The notes under the pieces were generated by a model, which saw nothing but the letters and a program-made list of their open reading frames with translations, was not told the origin of the DNA and searched no databases. Source: a virus. Taken from it: a DNA stretch of 64,000 nucleotides. The position numbers and the translations under genes are program-made. Positions 39,001 through 49,700 of this stretch are shown here, piece by piece. The stretch covers positions 42,616 through 106,615 of IMG/VR virus record IMGVR_UViG_3300044624_001054; one strand, written 5' to 3'. How positions within the stretch are numbered: the first letter of the stretch is position 1; each line of letters starts with the position of its first letter.

Positions 39001-40250
39001 TCTTCTAAAGAAACTGATACAGAATAATCTTCACCTATATTCCATTGATTTGAGTATAGAACTCCCATTGGAATATTGAATGTCTGATTTACGTCTGGTA
39101 CATATACCTTTTGGTAGAAGTTAAATTTTACGTCTTCATTAAGCATTTTAGATGTACTTAAAATGCTAGCAAAAAGAAATTGTCCGTCCTCATTTGATAA
39201 AGATATATTACCAGTTCCAGATACGACCGTTCCGACTGGTAAACCAAAACTTGTAGAATCACCAATGGAAGAGGCTAAATTAAAAGACTCAACATAGTCA
39301 CTAACGTCTGCCTCTAGTCGTGGAGATATTTCTATAAGTTCTAGGGGTGCATTTTTAAGAGTGCTGACCCATTTTTCTCCAGTTGGCTTTTGAGGAGGTA
39401 AAACTACTGGAACCATTGAGTCTACTCTAAATCTTATCCCACGAATCTTTTTAAAATGAGTTGGAGATGCTGCTACGAGTTCATCAAAATCGTCTAGTCT
39501 TGTAACTGTTTTAGACCAAGTTCCATTTCTTTGATAGTATAAATTAAGTTCTCCTGATATAAAGTCATCGTTGCTATTGGCAATAGCACTTGGATTTGAT
39601 GATCTTGCTTCTGTTCTTGGTACATTATAAACTTGAGTCCATGTACTTCCGACTAAAATATCTATTGAAAAAGATGAAGGAATCACAAGATGATTTTGCA
39701 CCTTAATGACTATCTTATTGCACATAACATCTTGCTCGTAAACAACAAATGGGTTAACATCTAATATGATTCCAGCAATATTCGCTACCCCGACCATTTT
39801 TCTAGTTCCATCAAATCCTAAAAACTTTCCAGAATTATAGTAATCATATGTTCTGCCTTCTGATACTGGATAAAATCTAGCAGAAGCAGTAGAAAGTCTT
39901 GACACTCTAATATCAAATACGCTGTCTGAGAACACGGCCCCAGGATGTTTTTGAGCAAAAACAATTCCAGCGTTTGGTCTATTGGGTTTAAAAACAGATG
40001 ATAGTTGTGAATAAAATTCTGATTTAGGATCTATTTTTGTTTCATCTTCATTAAATAAGATTCTGTTTTTTCCGTCGATAATGTTTGAACTTGTTGATGA
40101 ATAATTAAATTCTTGACCATCAAGTTTATACAATCCATATTTTTCTATAGAAAAATATTTATTCATATTCCATTCAGCAATAACTTGATGCTCACTATTT
40201 ATTCTATCGGCATTTTTATATAGGTCACGAATATCGCTATAGTTTAGCAT
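36018..40250 (-). CDS. large minor tail / baseplate hub protein
   Basis: ~1410 aa, second gene after the TMP; C-terminal NPLIELGDKV motif; start ATG 40250 after GGAGG. Confidence 0.75.
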   Translation of the reverse strand: MLNYSDIRDLYKNADRINSEHQVIAEWNMNKYFSIEKYGLYKLDGQEFNYSSTSSNIIDGKNRILFNEDETKIDPKSEFYSQLSSVFKPNRPNAGIVFAQKHPGAVFSDSVFDIRVSRLSTASARFYPVSEGRTYDYYNSGKFLGFDGTRKMVGVANIAGIILDVNPFVVYEQDVMCNKIVIKVQNHLVIPSSFSIDILVGSTWTQVYNVPRTEARSSNPSAIANSNDDFISGELNLYYQRNGTWSKTVTRLDDFDELVAASPTHFKKIRGIRFRVDSMVPVVLPPQKPTGEKWVSTLKNAPLELIEISPRLEADVSDYVESFNLASSIGDSTSFGLPVGTVVSGTGNISLSNEDGQFLFASILSTSKMLNEDVKFNFYQKVYVPDVNQTFNIPMGVLYSNQWNIGEDYSVSVSLEDGMKYLRQLSAPDFMISSFAATSAIILMILDNVGVTGLDFRKSSDYSKNDKEDTLIKNFFCKREQTVAEVFEQISVATQCSMYYDATGKLNVLTKERLTENAAIEDSVQEINNLNPDPYKYVWYNNNWFFYGSNTDALPAETEWTYSDYYGFWVSEDHPVPAQSPGTDFWFIMDENVSASATEYPYTASYTSNVVSLAEEKINPITDGDIAYHFYGPKRAPMSNIIEDTQKKLYQQLLLDQFPMNSLAFSNFEYGTTIMWQPSDDNSSVLGAANVIKDLYEYRLKDLYDEKTYTKFNEEDAIRAMFTTETADNYRRSLVIYLDTNEGFTIPDYEGYVLIDNEYIKYRGKLFYVAGTNGVYGSRIIFTEEEFFELKSSLGKGDSISFRGLIVDVKFKNINKVNDKYEYQVIGDGRGKFNSDVSRHYAVVEESDGIEPSNRFKLVLGEKANYNVPGQLDATTKFNFADKVKYKSAKKFLGTIPSDTLDTYLGFLKISGPTAPKSDRDVLESVTSASPSNSVVKELNKINDQVNDDVPGKDFDPFVSLMGEKALYGQKITLPFAPNFISTRMRLYSPRKIVDKNYTVSSTNSSIAGIGFGINSLGEGYYLEVENAAAGKGFYKEDDVTKNLRFYRIKLEKQKDSVVYTPTLLMKASVGGVTVSDTAVQVIKSDNQSLDPVFELDIEIEQFKDAMKYTIYYGDNKIGSYVEKIGESVGINSKNICMFVRNDSQAIYEYIAAAAKPFEDDPGSYFKGKKQFEKVLNQGAISVNKSFLFKDNRNEALFYYNDFARLARQVREYEIRFAGPALTTSLLDISEINPKYLIKKYEPNAFGAKLVVANISGGAMRLGADATLPLYIVGIALEELSSGTVTAKDLYESSEEDKLKQTEREKNISIYGDQTFSLDSQYIQSLSQARSMMQWVLKYCSRQRIKLTMEIFENPLIELGDKVKIYDKSRGYYEGNSNFGDKTFVVSSIAHSVSPSGPSMTVSIVEVGEA

Positions 40251-40789
40251 TACACCTCCACCAAAGTCATGGAGATATCCCAAAGATCGTGTGTCGCCCC
40301 TCGCTTTGTAATGACATAACTAAAATCCTCAAAGAACACATTATAGTATTCTAATGAGTACTTCAGCGGTACGGCTGAAGATGATGTAGGGGTGTCATAA
40401 ACCAAAGTGAGATAGAAACTGTCTGTATGATCTTTATGCCAGTCAAGCATCTGTTGAGAAGACGCCCAGCCTGTTGTAGTTCCGCCAAATCTAGTCTCAG
40501 ATAATTCATCTCGTACGGAAGGAAGATCCTGCCATGACACAGAGAATGTTTTCTTATCTGCCACATGATAAGATCTCATTCTTCCATTAATCATTCTTTT
40601 CTTATATTCAATTCTTTCTATTGCTATCTGTAACTCTGATCTACTGTCGTCAGTAAGGTATAGGAAGTCTGTATCTGCTGCGCCAAGATTCCATTGGCCT
40701 GAGGCAGCATTAACCACCACGGGAGCATTTTCTGAAAATATCATTAATGCTGGACGAGTCCATATTCTTTGTAATGTCGTAGTAGACAT
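40250..40789 (-). CDS. distal-tail-like minor tail protein
   Basis: Immediately downstream of the TMP; RMINGRMRSYHVADK, ends LVEV. Confidence 0.7.
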   Translation of the reverse strand: MSTTTLQRIWTRPALMIFSENAPVVVNAASGQWNLGAADTDFLYLTDDSRSELQIAIERIEYKKRMINGRMRSYHVADKKTFSVSWQDLPSVRDELSETRFGGTTTGWASSQQMLDWHKDHTDSFYLTLVYDTPTSSSAVPLKYSLEYYNVFFEDFSYVITKRGATHDLWDISMTLVEV

Positions 40790-40792
40790 GTG

Positions 40793-43700
40793 TTAGATAC
40801 TCCTACTATGGTTTCTTCTATTGTTTGCAGAGTTAATCATACTAATAACTTTATTAGCAATTGCGTTAGCACCCTTGCCACCAGCACCATTTATAACAAC
40901 CTTAACCTTGGTGTTATTTCTTGTTGAAGAGGAATTTCCAGCATAGTTAGTGTTATTAACTCCAACAGATGTATCTGCCATTGCTGGCATACTAAATGCT
41001 GGCATAGGTGCAGATCCAACCATTCCACCGTCTGCAAACATTCTAGGTTGCATGGATGAACCCTGGAATGGATTGAGTGACCCAGAGTTAATCTGATCCA
41101 TAAATCCTTTACCATATTTTGCAACAGATGATGCTTTAACTACATATTCTCCATTAGAAAGCATTGCTGGAATCATATCAGATCTAGGTCCGCCAGGTCC
41201 AGAAATAAATCCTCCAGCCGCATAAGTATTGGGCCTATTGAATGTTCCATCTGGATTAATACCTAGACTAGCAATAGTTTGAGCAACCTGTGATGGAGAA
41301 ACTGATCTACTTTGACTAATTTGAGTATGCATCCAGTCTGCATTTCCATAATGATCTGTAATAAAACCGCCTAAACTTGTTGGACCAAACCATTGAAGAA
41401 CTTTATATTTATTCATCAAAGCGTTCATAGTTTTATACGGTTCTGGTGAATATGATTTCCATGGTGCAAGGGGCGATCTCTTACCTTTCCACCAATCTGT
41501 TACTGCTCGTTTTTCATCGTCGCTAACCCACGACCATCCAAAATATACACCCTCATCTGGTGCATTGATATCTACTGCCGTTCCAGATGGATGATTAGAT
41601 TTACCTGGCTCGTCTCTTCCTTCTAGCCCACCTATATAACTAATAGGTCTAATCAATCTATTATAATCACTAGCAAAGGCAAGGAATAATGGAAGAACAT
41701 CTTTATTCATTGTTAAAGACATATTGGTTCCAGGAATTTTACCAGTTGCGGACTGGAACCCAGAATGCGGCCAATTATTAGGGCCACCTTGAGCGCCAAT
41801 AGTTGTAGTTGTTGGTCGTGCAGCGGTAGCAACACCTGTAGTTCCAACCCCAGGAAGGAATCCACCATTAGCAGGAGCATTAGGATCATTTCTATTGATT
41901 AGCGATAGTTTCCCTCTAAGCCCCCTGTTTGGTAAAGTAAGTGCTTCTCCGCCGTCAGCAAACTTTTGAACTAGTCCACCATTAGCATAGCCTCTTACTC
42001 CTTCGACCATTGCCTTTAGACGTTCTGATAAAACAAATTTTAAGAATTTTGGATTAACTAATCTATGCTGTGGAGCCTGAAGTGCAAATTTTGCAACAAT
42101 AGGATCTATAAGACCACCTATCCCGCCTGCATCTCCAAGCATTTCTTCTAACCTAAGAACTTGTTGCTTATATACAGAACCAGTTACTTTTCCAAAACCA
42201 AATGAACTTCCGTGCCTCGGGTCAAGAATTTTTAATGGGTCGGTAGGATCATTGGGTATTGGCCTGCCGTCATGAGTTTGAAAAACATTGCTTCCAAAAT
42301 CTATTCTATATGGAATAAGTCTTCCTGGTACGCCAAGAGGAATGGATTCATCTTCTTTAATAACATAATTATGTATATGTGAATCTCTTAATCCAAATAG
42401 TGTATCTACAGCCTTTCCTATTCCACCTTCTCTTGCAAGCCTTGATTGCATACTGCTATCTAATTGTGATTCTACAAATGTTAATCCGTCCGCCCAATCG
42501 CGGTTTGGATTCTTTCCAAAAAATTCTGAAACATGTTTAACATTATCTAACATTGTGCTTGAAGTTACAAGTTCTCCAGGGGGAAAATAGTTTAGTCCCA
42601 TCGCAGCAAGTTCTGGTGTGAGGTTCTTCCCAGGGAAGTATCTTTCTTTTGCCCCAATATTAAGAAGGTTTACATCAGGTACATTCATATTAAGGGCCTT
42701 ATATGCATTTGCAATTAAAGACTCTAAATAAACAGATTTTGCTCCAGATTCAGAATCATACGGACCTTTAACATATCTACGAACACCGTCCTTACCAATA
42801 ACTAAGCCTCCAGGACTAATTCCCCCCTGACTATTAGGGACTGATGTTCCAAAAACATTATCTAGTTGATTTTCGTCAACAGCCATACCTTTTACCCACT
42901 CAAGGAGGAGCATATCCCTGGAGGGTACGGCTGCGGTTGGTTTTGATGATGGTGGTAGAATTCTGGGGGCACCCATTCCTAGAGAAAATCTTAGATCGCT
43001 AGTAATTTGTGATATCGCAATAGGCTTAGGTGGAATTAAACCAGATTGCAAAGGTTGCATTACGCTAGAAGTCGCTGCCCTTCTAGAGGCTGACCTTCCT
43101 AATAATGATGCACCCTTAAACCCTATACCTACCCCAGGAATAACTCCAAGAATTTCCATAAGTGCAGCGGCAGATGCAATATCCTTTCCTTGCTGGTTTG
43201 ATTGATCAATGCTAGACAATCCATAGAATGGAAGTAGTGAGGCTGGGTCTGCAGCAATAGAAGAAGCCATAGATCCCAAGGTTGAGAAAATGCCTTGCTG
43301 ATCAATGCTGTTCTTTATTCCCTGGAACATTAAGTTAAAGCCAGAGCCTGCTCTTCCGCCACCGCCTGCACCAGGCTGCATATATCCGCCACGAGTATAT
43401 GGGCTATTTTGCTCTCTCCTCAATCTCTTCTTTCCATATACATTTCCATATGCCTGCTGGCTAGCACCACTATAACCTGTTGCAGACATTGGTGTTCCGC
43501 CAGTATATTGCGGCTTAACCTTAACTCCACCAAGATATTTGTTTCCAGCAGCCGCTGTTTCAGCGCGGTCAGCAGATACATAGCCTCCCGCGTAAAATCC
43601 TCGCACAAAACCACCATTAGCAAAACTAGGAATATTGTAACCATATTTCTCCGCCATTTCTGACGCTTTACGATATGCTAATTCTGCTTCTGGCTTAGGT

Positions 43701-46700
43701 GTACTGGGGTGGAAAGCCTTTTGTAGTAGCGCTGAAATTCTAGCAGCCTTTGTTGGATTGGCCGCAGCACCAGTTTTAAGAGTTGGCCCAGTAAACTGAT
43801 CTCTTGACGGTCTGGGAGGAGGCTCTCTTCTGGGAGGAGGTTCATTACGAGGAGGTGGCTCTCTGCGTGGTGGCGGTTGCCTGCGTGGTGGCGGTTCATA
43901 CCGTGGGCCACTATTGCGTGGAGGAACAAATCCAGGTGGAGGGGGGTTATCAAATGGATTGGGGGCGGTTCTTTCTCCTGGCTTAAAGAACGGATTTTGG
44001 TTACGACTAGCCCAAGCCACTTCATCTGCGGTAGCCATTGGTGGCGCTCCATATTGCAACATCCAACTCTGACGCTCAGAAGTGCTCCAAGAACTCCATT
44101 CTTTTGCAAATCCTTCTGGATATTTTGTTGGGAAATCTTTTATATCCACAAAGTTCGGGTCGTCGCGTAATGTAAACCTATTTGTATTTTCTTTAGTTCC
44201 TGGACCTGATCTAAATAGTTTATCCTTTGCTTCAGAGAGTCTGGCTCTATCGGCCCTAGGAATTCCTCCTCGGGCACCAAATGGAAACACACCCATGGCT
44301 ATTAGACCTCTTGTTAGAGCATCGCTCTCAACATAGGACTGACCACCGATAAATCTTCCCAACGCTGTTGTATCTTGCGTATCTATTCCAAAGGCTCTTG
44401 CGGGAACCCTGAATGGAGCAAAGAATGAATCAAATATGGTGGCCCCAGCGGTTCGCAATACATTTACCAAGCCCTTAACACCAGTAGGATCTTCTGGGTT
44501 ATACCCAATAGATTCAAGATTTATAAGGTCGCGGCGACGGGCTTTAGGTTTATTGTATCCTGTGGATGAGGTTGGAGTGCCACCAAAATATGTTGGGGGT
44601 GGCTTATTATAACCAGTAATAGAAGTTGGGGTGCCGCCATAATATGTCGGTCTTTGTGATGCCTGATATTCTTCGCGGTCGGCAGAGATATAGCCACCGT
44701 AGGCAAACTTTCCGGCATTGATATTATCCATCATATCCTTGCCGTATTTACTTACACTAGAGGCTTGAATTACATATTCACCGTTTGATAGATAGGCTGG
44801 AATTACATCAGACTTCGGTCCACCAGGACCAGTTACTTTTCCGCCGCCCTCTAGCATTACACGACCGTTTTGGATATATCCACCAGTTGCTGCTCTATTT
44901 GGATCTAATGCAGCGGCATCGTAATCATCTGTAACACCATCTCCGTCAGTATCTTTAGTTGTTCCACCTACATCTCCATTAATTGTTACACTATCAGCAG
45001 TAACCGTCATATCTCTAACTTGTTGTGCAGTATCACCAACCCCAGTATCGCCAACATTTTCTGAATTATACATCCATGTTGGATCTCCTCTTAATCCAAG
45101 GTCTTGAAGAACAGCCTCTACTCCCATGGGAACGCCCTTTGGACCGCGAGGCGCTGCAAGGGCCCCAGCCTGCCTGACAGCCTCTCCAAGAGTTACACCA
45201 CCACGATAATAAATTTCTTCAATTCTTAGTCTTAGCATTTCTTTTCTTGCTTCTACATAGGGCTTACTCTTTAATTCGGCATAGTCCTTAGAATATCTTT
45301 CTTCGGCTGCTTTAGCATTATCTCGATAGTCTTGCTCCATAGTTTTGATGCCTTCTATTTCTTGGTCTTTATCTTCTAAGGCATTTTCTCTAGCAGTATT
45401 TGCTCTTTCAATTTGTTTGTCATAGAATTCCATTCGATCATCGTGGGCATCTTGTTCTATTTCCATGAGATCTTGAACACCCTTAATACGATCTTCCATC
45501 ATTTGTTCATACTCATCTTGCTCTTTCTGCTTTTGCTCACGAATTTCATCTATGGCTTCTAGTTCAAGATCTCTTCTTTCTTCAATCCCAGAGATCATTT
45601 CATCATATGAAAACTCTTGGGCGTCCGCAGACATTTGTTCGCGTTCCTGGAGGAATCCAAAAACATCTCCAGATGCAAGTTTTTCAAGTGCGCCGAAAGC
45701 AGTTTTTCTTTGTTGTGCGTAGAATGACTCTGCTTTTTGATTCTTTTCAAGAGATTCAATGTAGGCATCAGAAGATTTTTCAATGGCCTCACGGCGGTCA
45801 TCTAGTTGCTGCATCTGCTCATCAAAGTCTCTTCTTCTTACATCCATCTCCTCCTGCATGCCCTCAATGGAGTTCTGACGGCCTTCCTGTTCCACCTCAA
45901 ATGCGTCTTGTGCAGATTCTTTTAGACCTTCATATAACTCAATTCTTTCATCCATCGCATCTGAATAATTTTCGAATCTAAGGTTTGCAGCATCTCTTTG
46001 TTCCTGGGCAAACTGATCAATCATCCCAAAGTAACTTTCTTCTGCTTCTATTCTAAGAAGTTTAGTCGCATCTGCTAGTGATTTAGCACTTACTGCCGCT
46101 CGGCCAAGAGCAATGTCAAATTCGCCAGCATCATTGATGGCCTTATCTAAAGAAATTCCGGCAATAGCCATTTGAGTTGCAACTACAGTTTCTTCTGCGG
46201 TGTCTATTGTTTGTAGAACTGTTTCCCATTCTGCTCCATAGGTATCCCTCAGGTAATCTGATAGCCTTCCTATTGCAGCAGTCCTATCATCTGGATCTTC
46301 TAGATTATTAATTATTTCTGTTAATTTTTCAAATCCTTCTATGGCAGCGGTAGGGTCTTGCTGGTATGCCATAACTAATGAGTCTATTACTCCAGATAGC
46401 ATTTCTGGATTTACTGTTAATAGATCTTCTATTCTATTTCCTATGGCATCTAATTCATCGCCTATTGCCTTTAATCTATTTTCTTCTTCTCTACTTGTTG
46501 GAGCAATAGGTACATACCCTGGCCCATCTGGAGTTTCTGTTGGTCCTGCTGGACCAATCCTATTTTGTTCTGCACGAGTTTCTCCAGAAAGAATTTTTCT
46601 TCTTTCTTCTTCTAGGGCGGCACGTTCTTTTTCTAAAGTTTGTAAAATTGTTAAACCAGAATTTCCTATTTGTGTTTCTGCTGGAGAGAATTGACCAACA

Positions 46701-49700
46701 ACGTTATTAACTGCATCCTTAATCGTTAAGGATTCGTCAAGTAAACCCTGGCCTACGGCCTCAGTAAAAGCCTTTCCTCCCGCTAGCCCTGCCTCTGCAG
46801 CAATTGCCTCTATTGCTGCTTTAGCATTTTCTGCACTCATTCCAGAAATAATCATATTGCTGTATGCAATAGATAATTCTTGAGCGCCTGCTCCTGCAGA
46901 CAAAGATTTAATTTGCTCTATTAATGGGGCATAATCTTGGCTTACTGCTTCTCTAAGTGCTTTATCTATTTCCTGTAAATCTTCAGAGACATTGGACAAC
47001 CTATTCTTTTCAAGAATGTCGGATACACTCATAATTGTCTCGCCAAAATATTCTGCACTCTTTACTGGATCATTAAATGCTGCTATAGCCCTTTGCCTAG
47101 CCTCTTCTGCTGCATTTCTATACATCATAAACCCAGTAATAGCAGCAGTTATACTAATTCCTGCAGCAATGCCAACAGGACCGCCAGCCACACTAAGGAG
47201 TCTCCCTGCACCTAATAATGCTGCACCGCCCATCTGTCCGCCGCGTGCAGCAGCCATAGCCCCACCCATTTGAGCAGCCCTTCCAGCCGCAGCAGAGCCA
47301 GCCATTTTACCACCAAGAGATTTCATTCCTAAGAAATTAGTAAACGTTCCTTTTCCTAGCCCCATATTCATCATCATGGTAGCGGTCATCAAGGCGGTGG
47401 TAAATAGGCCAAGTTTTGCAGCGGCGTCAGAGGACGCCCCGCCCATCATTGAGATGCTAGAGGTAACCATAGATAAGGCAAACATTGCGTTCATTGCGTT
47501 CATGCCCCGCATACCGCTCTGTGCGGCATCTTTTGCATTACCTATTGCAACTGATGGACCAGTAGTTGGAGCAGTACCTCTTTGTAATAAATAGGACTCT
47601 CTTCTAGCAGCAGCAAGTTGTTTTCTTTCATCCAAAGTCATATTTCCAAATCTAGATGATTTTTCTGATACTGCCGAATACGGGGAAACTCCACCCATAA
47701 AGTATCCCATTGATCCGCTTGGACCTACTCCAAATGAAGAAGCGGCGCGTGCTACGTTTGCTCTTGATAATGCTTCGTCTGAACTTGCCTTAATACGGGC
47801 TGTTTCTGCTGCACGCTCTTCAGCACGTTGTCTTATAGTTACAATTCCAGAAAGTTTTTTCTCTAGGGCTAATCTATGTGCTTCTTCTTTAGCAAGTGCT
47901 TCTAGTGTTTCTGTTCTTTTCTTACCAGCAACTGCTCCATCTTTATGAACCCATAGCCCTGTTTCAAGGCTCTTTATCCAATTAGCAAGAGTTATATTCC
48001 CTTGTTTTTGAATTGCATCTGTTCTTAATTGGCTGTCTGTAATCATACCTTGTACAATTACTTCTTTTTGAAGGGCTTTTGTTACTACAGATCTTGCTGC
48101 AGCCTCATGGTGCATTGCCTCTCTTATTCTAGTAGCAGGGCCTAAAGATTCTGCTCCTGGACCTATGGCCCTTAATGACCCTAGTGGCCCCATTGCACCA
48201 CTTACTGATCTTGTTCCAGAGACTATTTCATTGCCAAGTTCTTTTCCAGCGGGTCTTCCGTCTACCTTGCTGGCTCCTTGAATAAATCCATCAGATAGAT
48301 TCTTACCAACTCTATCAGCCTCTAGTGACGGGGATGCTTGCTTAGAATATTTTTTAACACTATTAAGAACTTTAGTTGGAATTTCACTAGCGCTAACGCC
48401 AAGTTTTACAAAGTATTCTTCTAATGCAATTATTTGTGTCGCGAGTTTTTGGCGAGCCTTAAGCAATATTTCATTGCCTGGATCTGCTTGCAATCTTCTT
48501 TCAATGGCACCGTACTGCTGCAATTGAACTCTTTGTGCGGCCCTCAAGTCCGGTGTAGTGGCTCCAGTTAACCCTGTTGTTCTTGCATCTAATAAAGTTC
48601 TGTCTAATATTGCTCTAGTTTCTGCAGAAAAACCTTTCTTTGTTGCTAAAACTTCCAACGCCTTTTCATATGCATTCATATCTTTAGTATGAATCATGAT
48701 TCCGCCAGTCAATGAGGTCATAATTCTATCTATAGTTTTAGCATTAGCCCCTGTTTCTTTCAGGGCTGCCTCAAGTTTTCCCCGTAAAGAACTTGACAAT
48801 CCAAAAAGATTTGCCATTTGATTTTCAGAGTCAAGGATGGTCTTCCATAGTTGTGGGTGCCAAGCGATAGCCTGACTATCCAGCCTTAAATTCTTCATGA
48901 ATCCGCCAGAACCTATAAGGTGACCTCTTGCTTCGCCTGGGGAAAGGTTACCAAATGCTTTAGAAACTGATGCTGGACGACTTCTAACATATTCCCCGTC
49001 TTTTCTTCTTGCTCTAACTGAAGCCCTTCCTTTTCCTGTACCCTCTACTGCGGCAGAATATCTTTGCAGCCATTTTTCATCTTCTGGGGTGCCCTTTTGG
49101 AATCCTGGTAAAGTTCCGCGATTCATTTCCATTAAGACGGGGGCATATTTTTGTGTGGCAGCACGATTTACTACAAATTCACCAGGCTCAAGCATGGCGG
49201 GTATTTTATCTCCACGACCAGATCCTGGAACAGAGCCGCCTTTATTAAAGGTTAAAGGCAGACCATACTGCCAGGGAGCCATATCTCCAGTTTGCCTATT
49301 TTTTTCAACCTCTGCCGCTTCTTTTTTAGCAATTGCTGCAGCAGTTGGAGGCTTCTTTACCTCCGGCGCTATATCTTTGTGGAACCTATATACTGCCGCC
49401 CAATCTATCTTTTCGGCGTCTTTAAGATCCTGAACAAGACGCATATACATTTGTCTTTCTGTTTTATCTAAGTATGGAAGTTTATCAATGGCTCCGCGAA
49501 CCTTTACAGATGCTTGAGCAATAGCATTTTTAAATCCTTCAACATACTCTTTTTCTGTCATGGATTTTGCAAGGACTGCTGATTCTTCGGCAAACCACTT
49601 TCTAGCGCCGCCCTTTTTCATGAGGAAGTTTATTTCTGCCTGTTCTTGAACTGATGGCAAAGGGCCGCCAATTACTCTTGGCTGAGAGGCTTTGTTTGCA

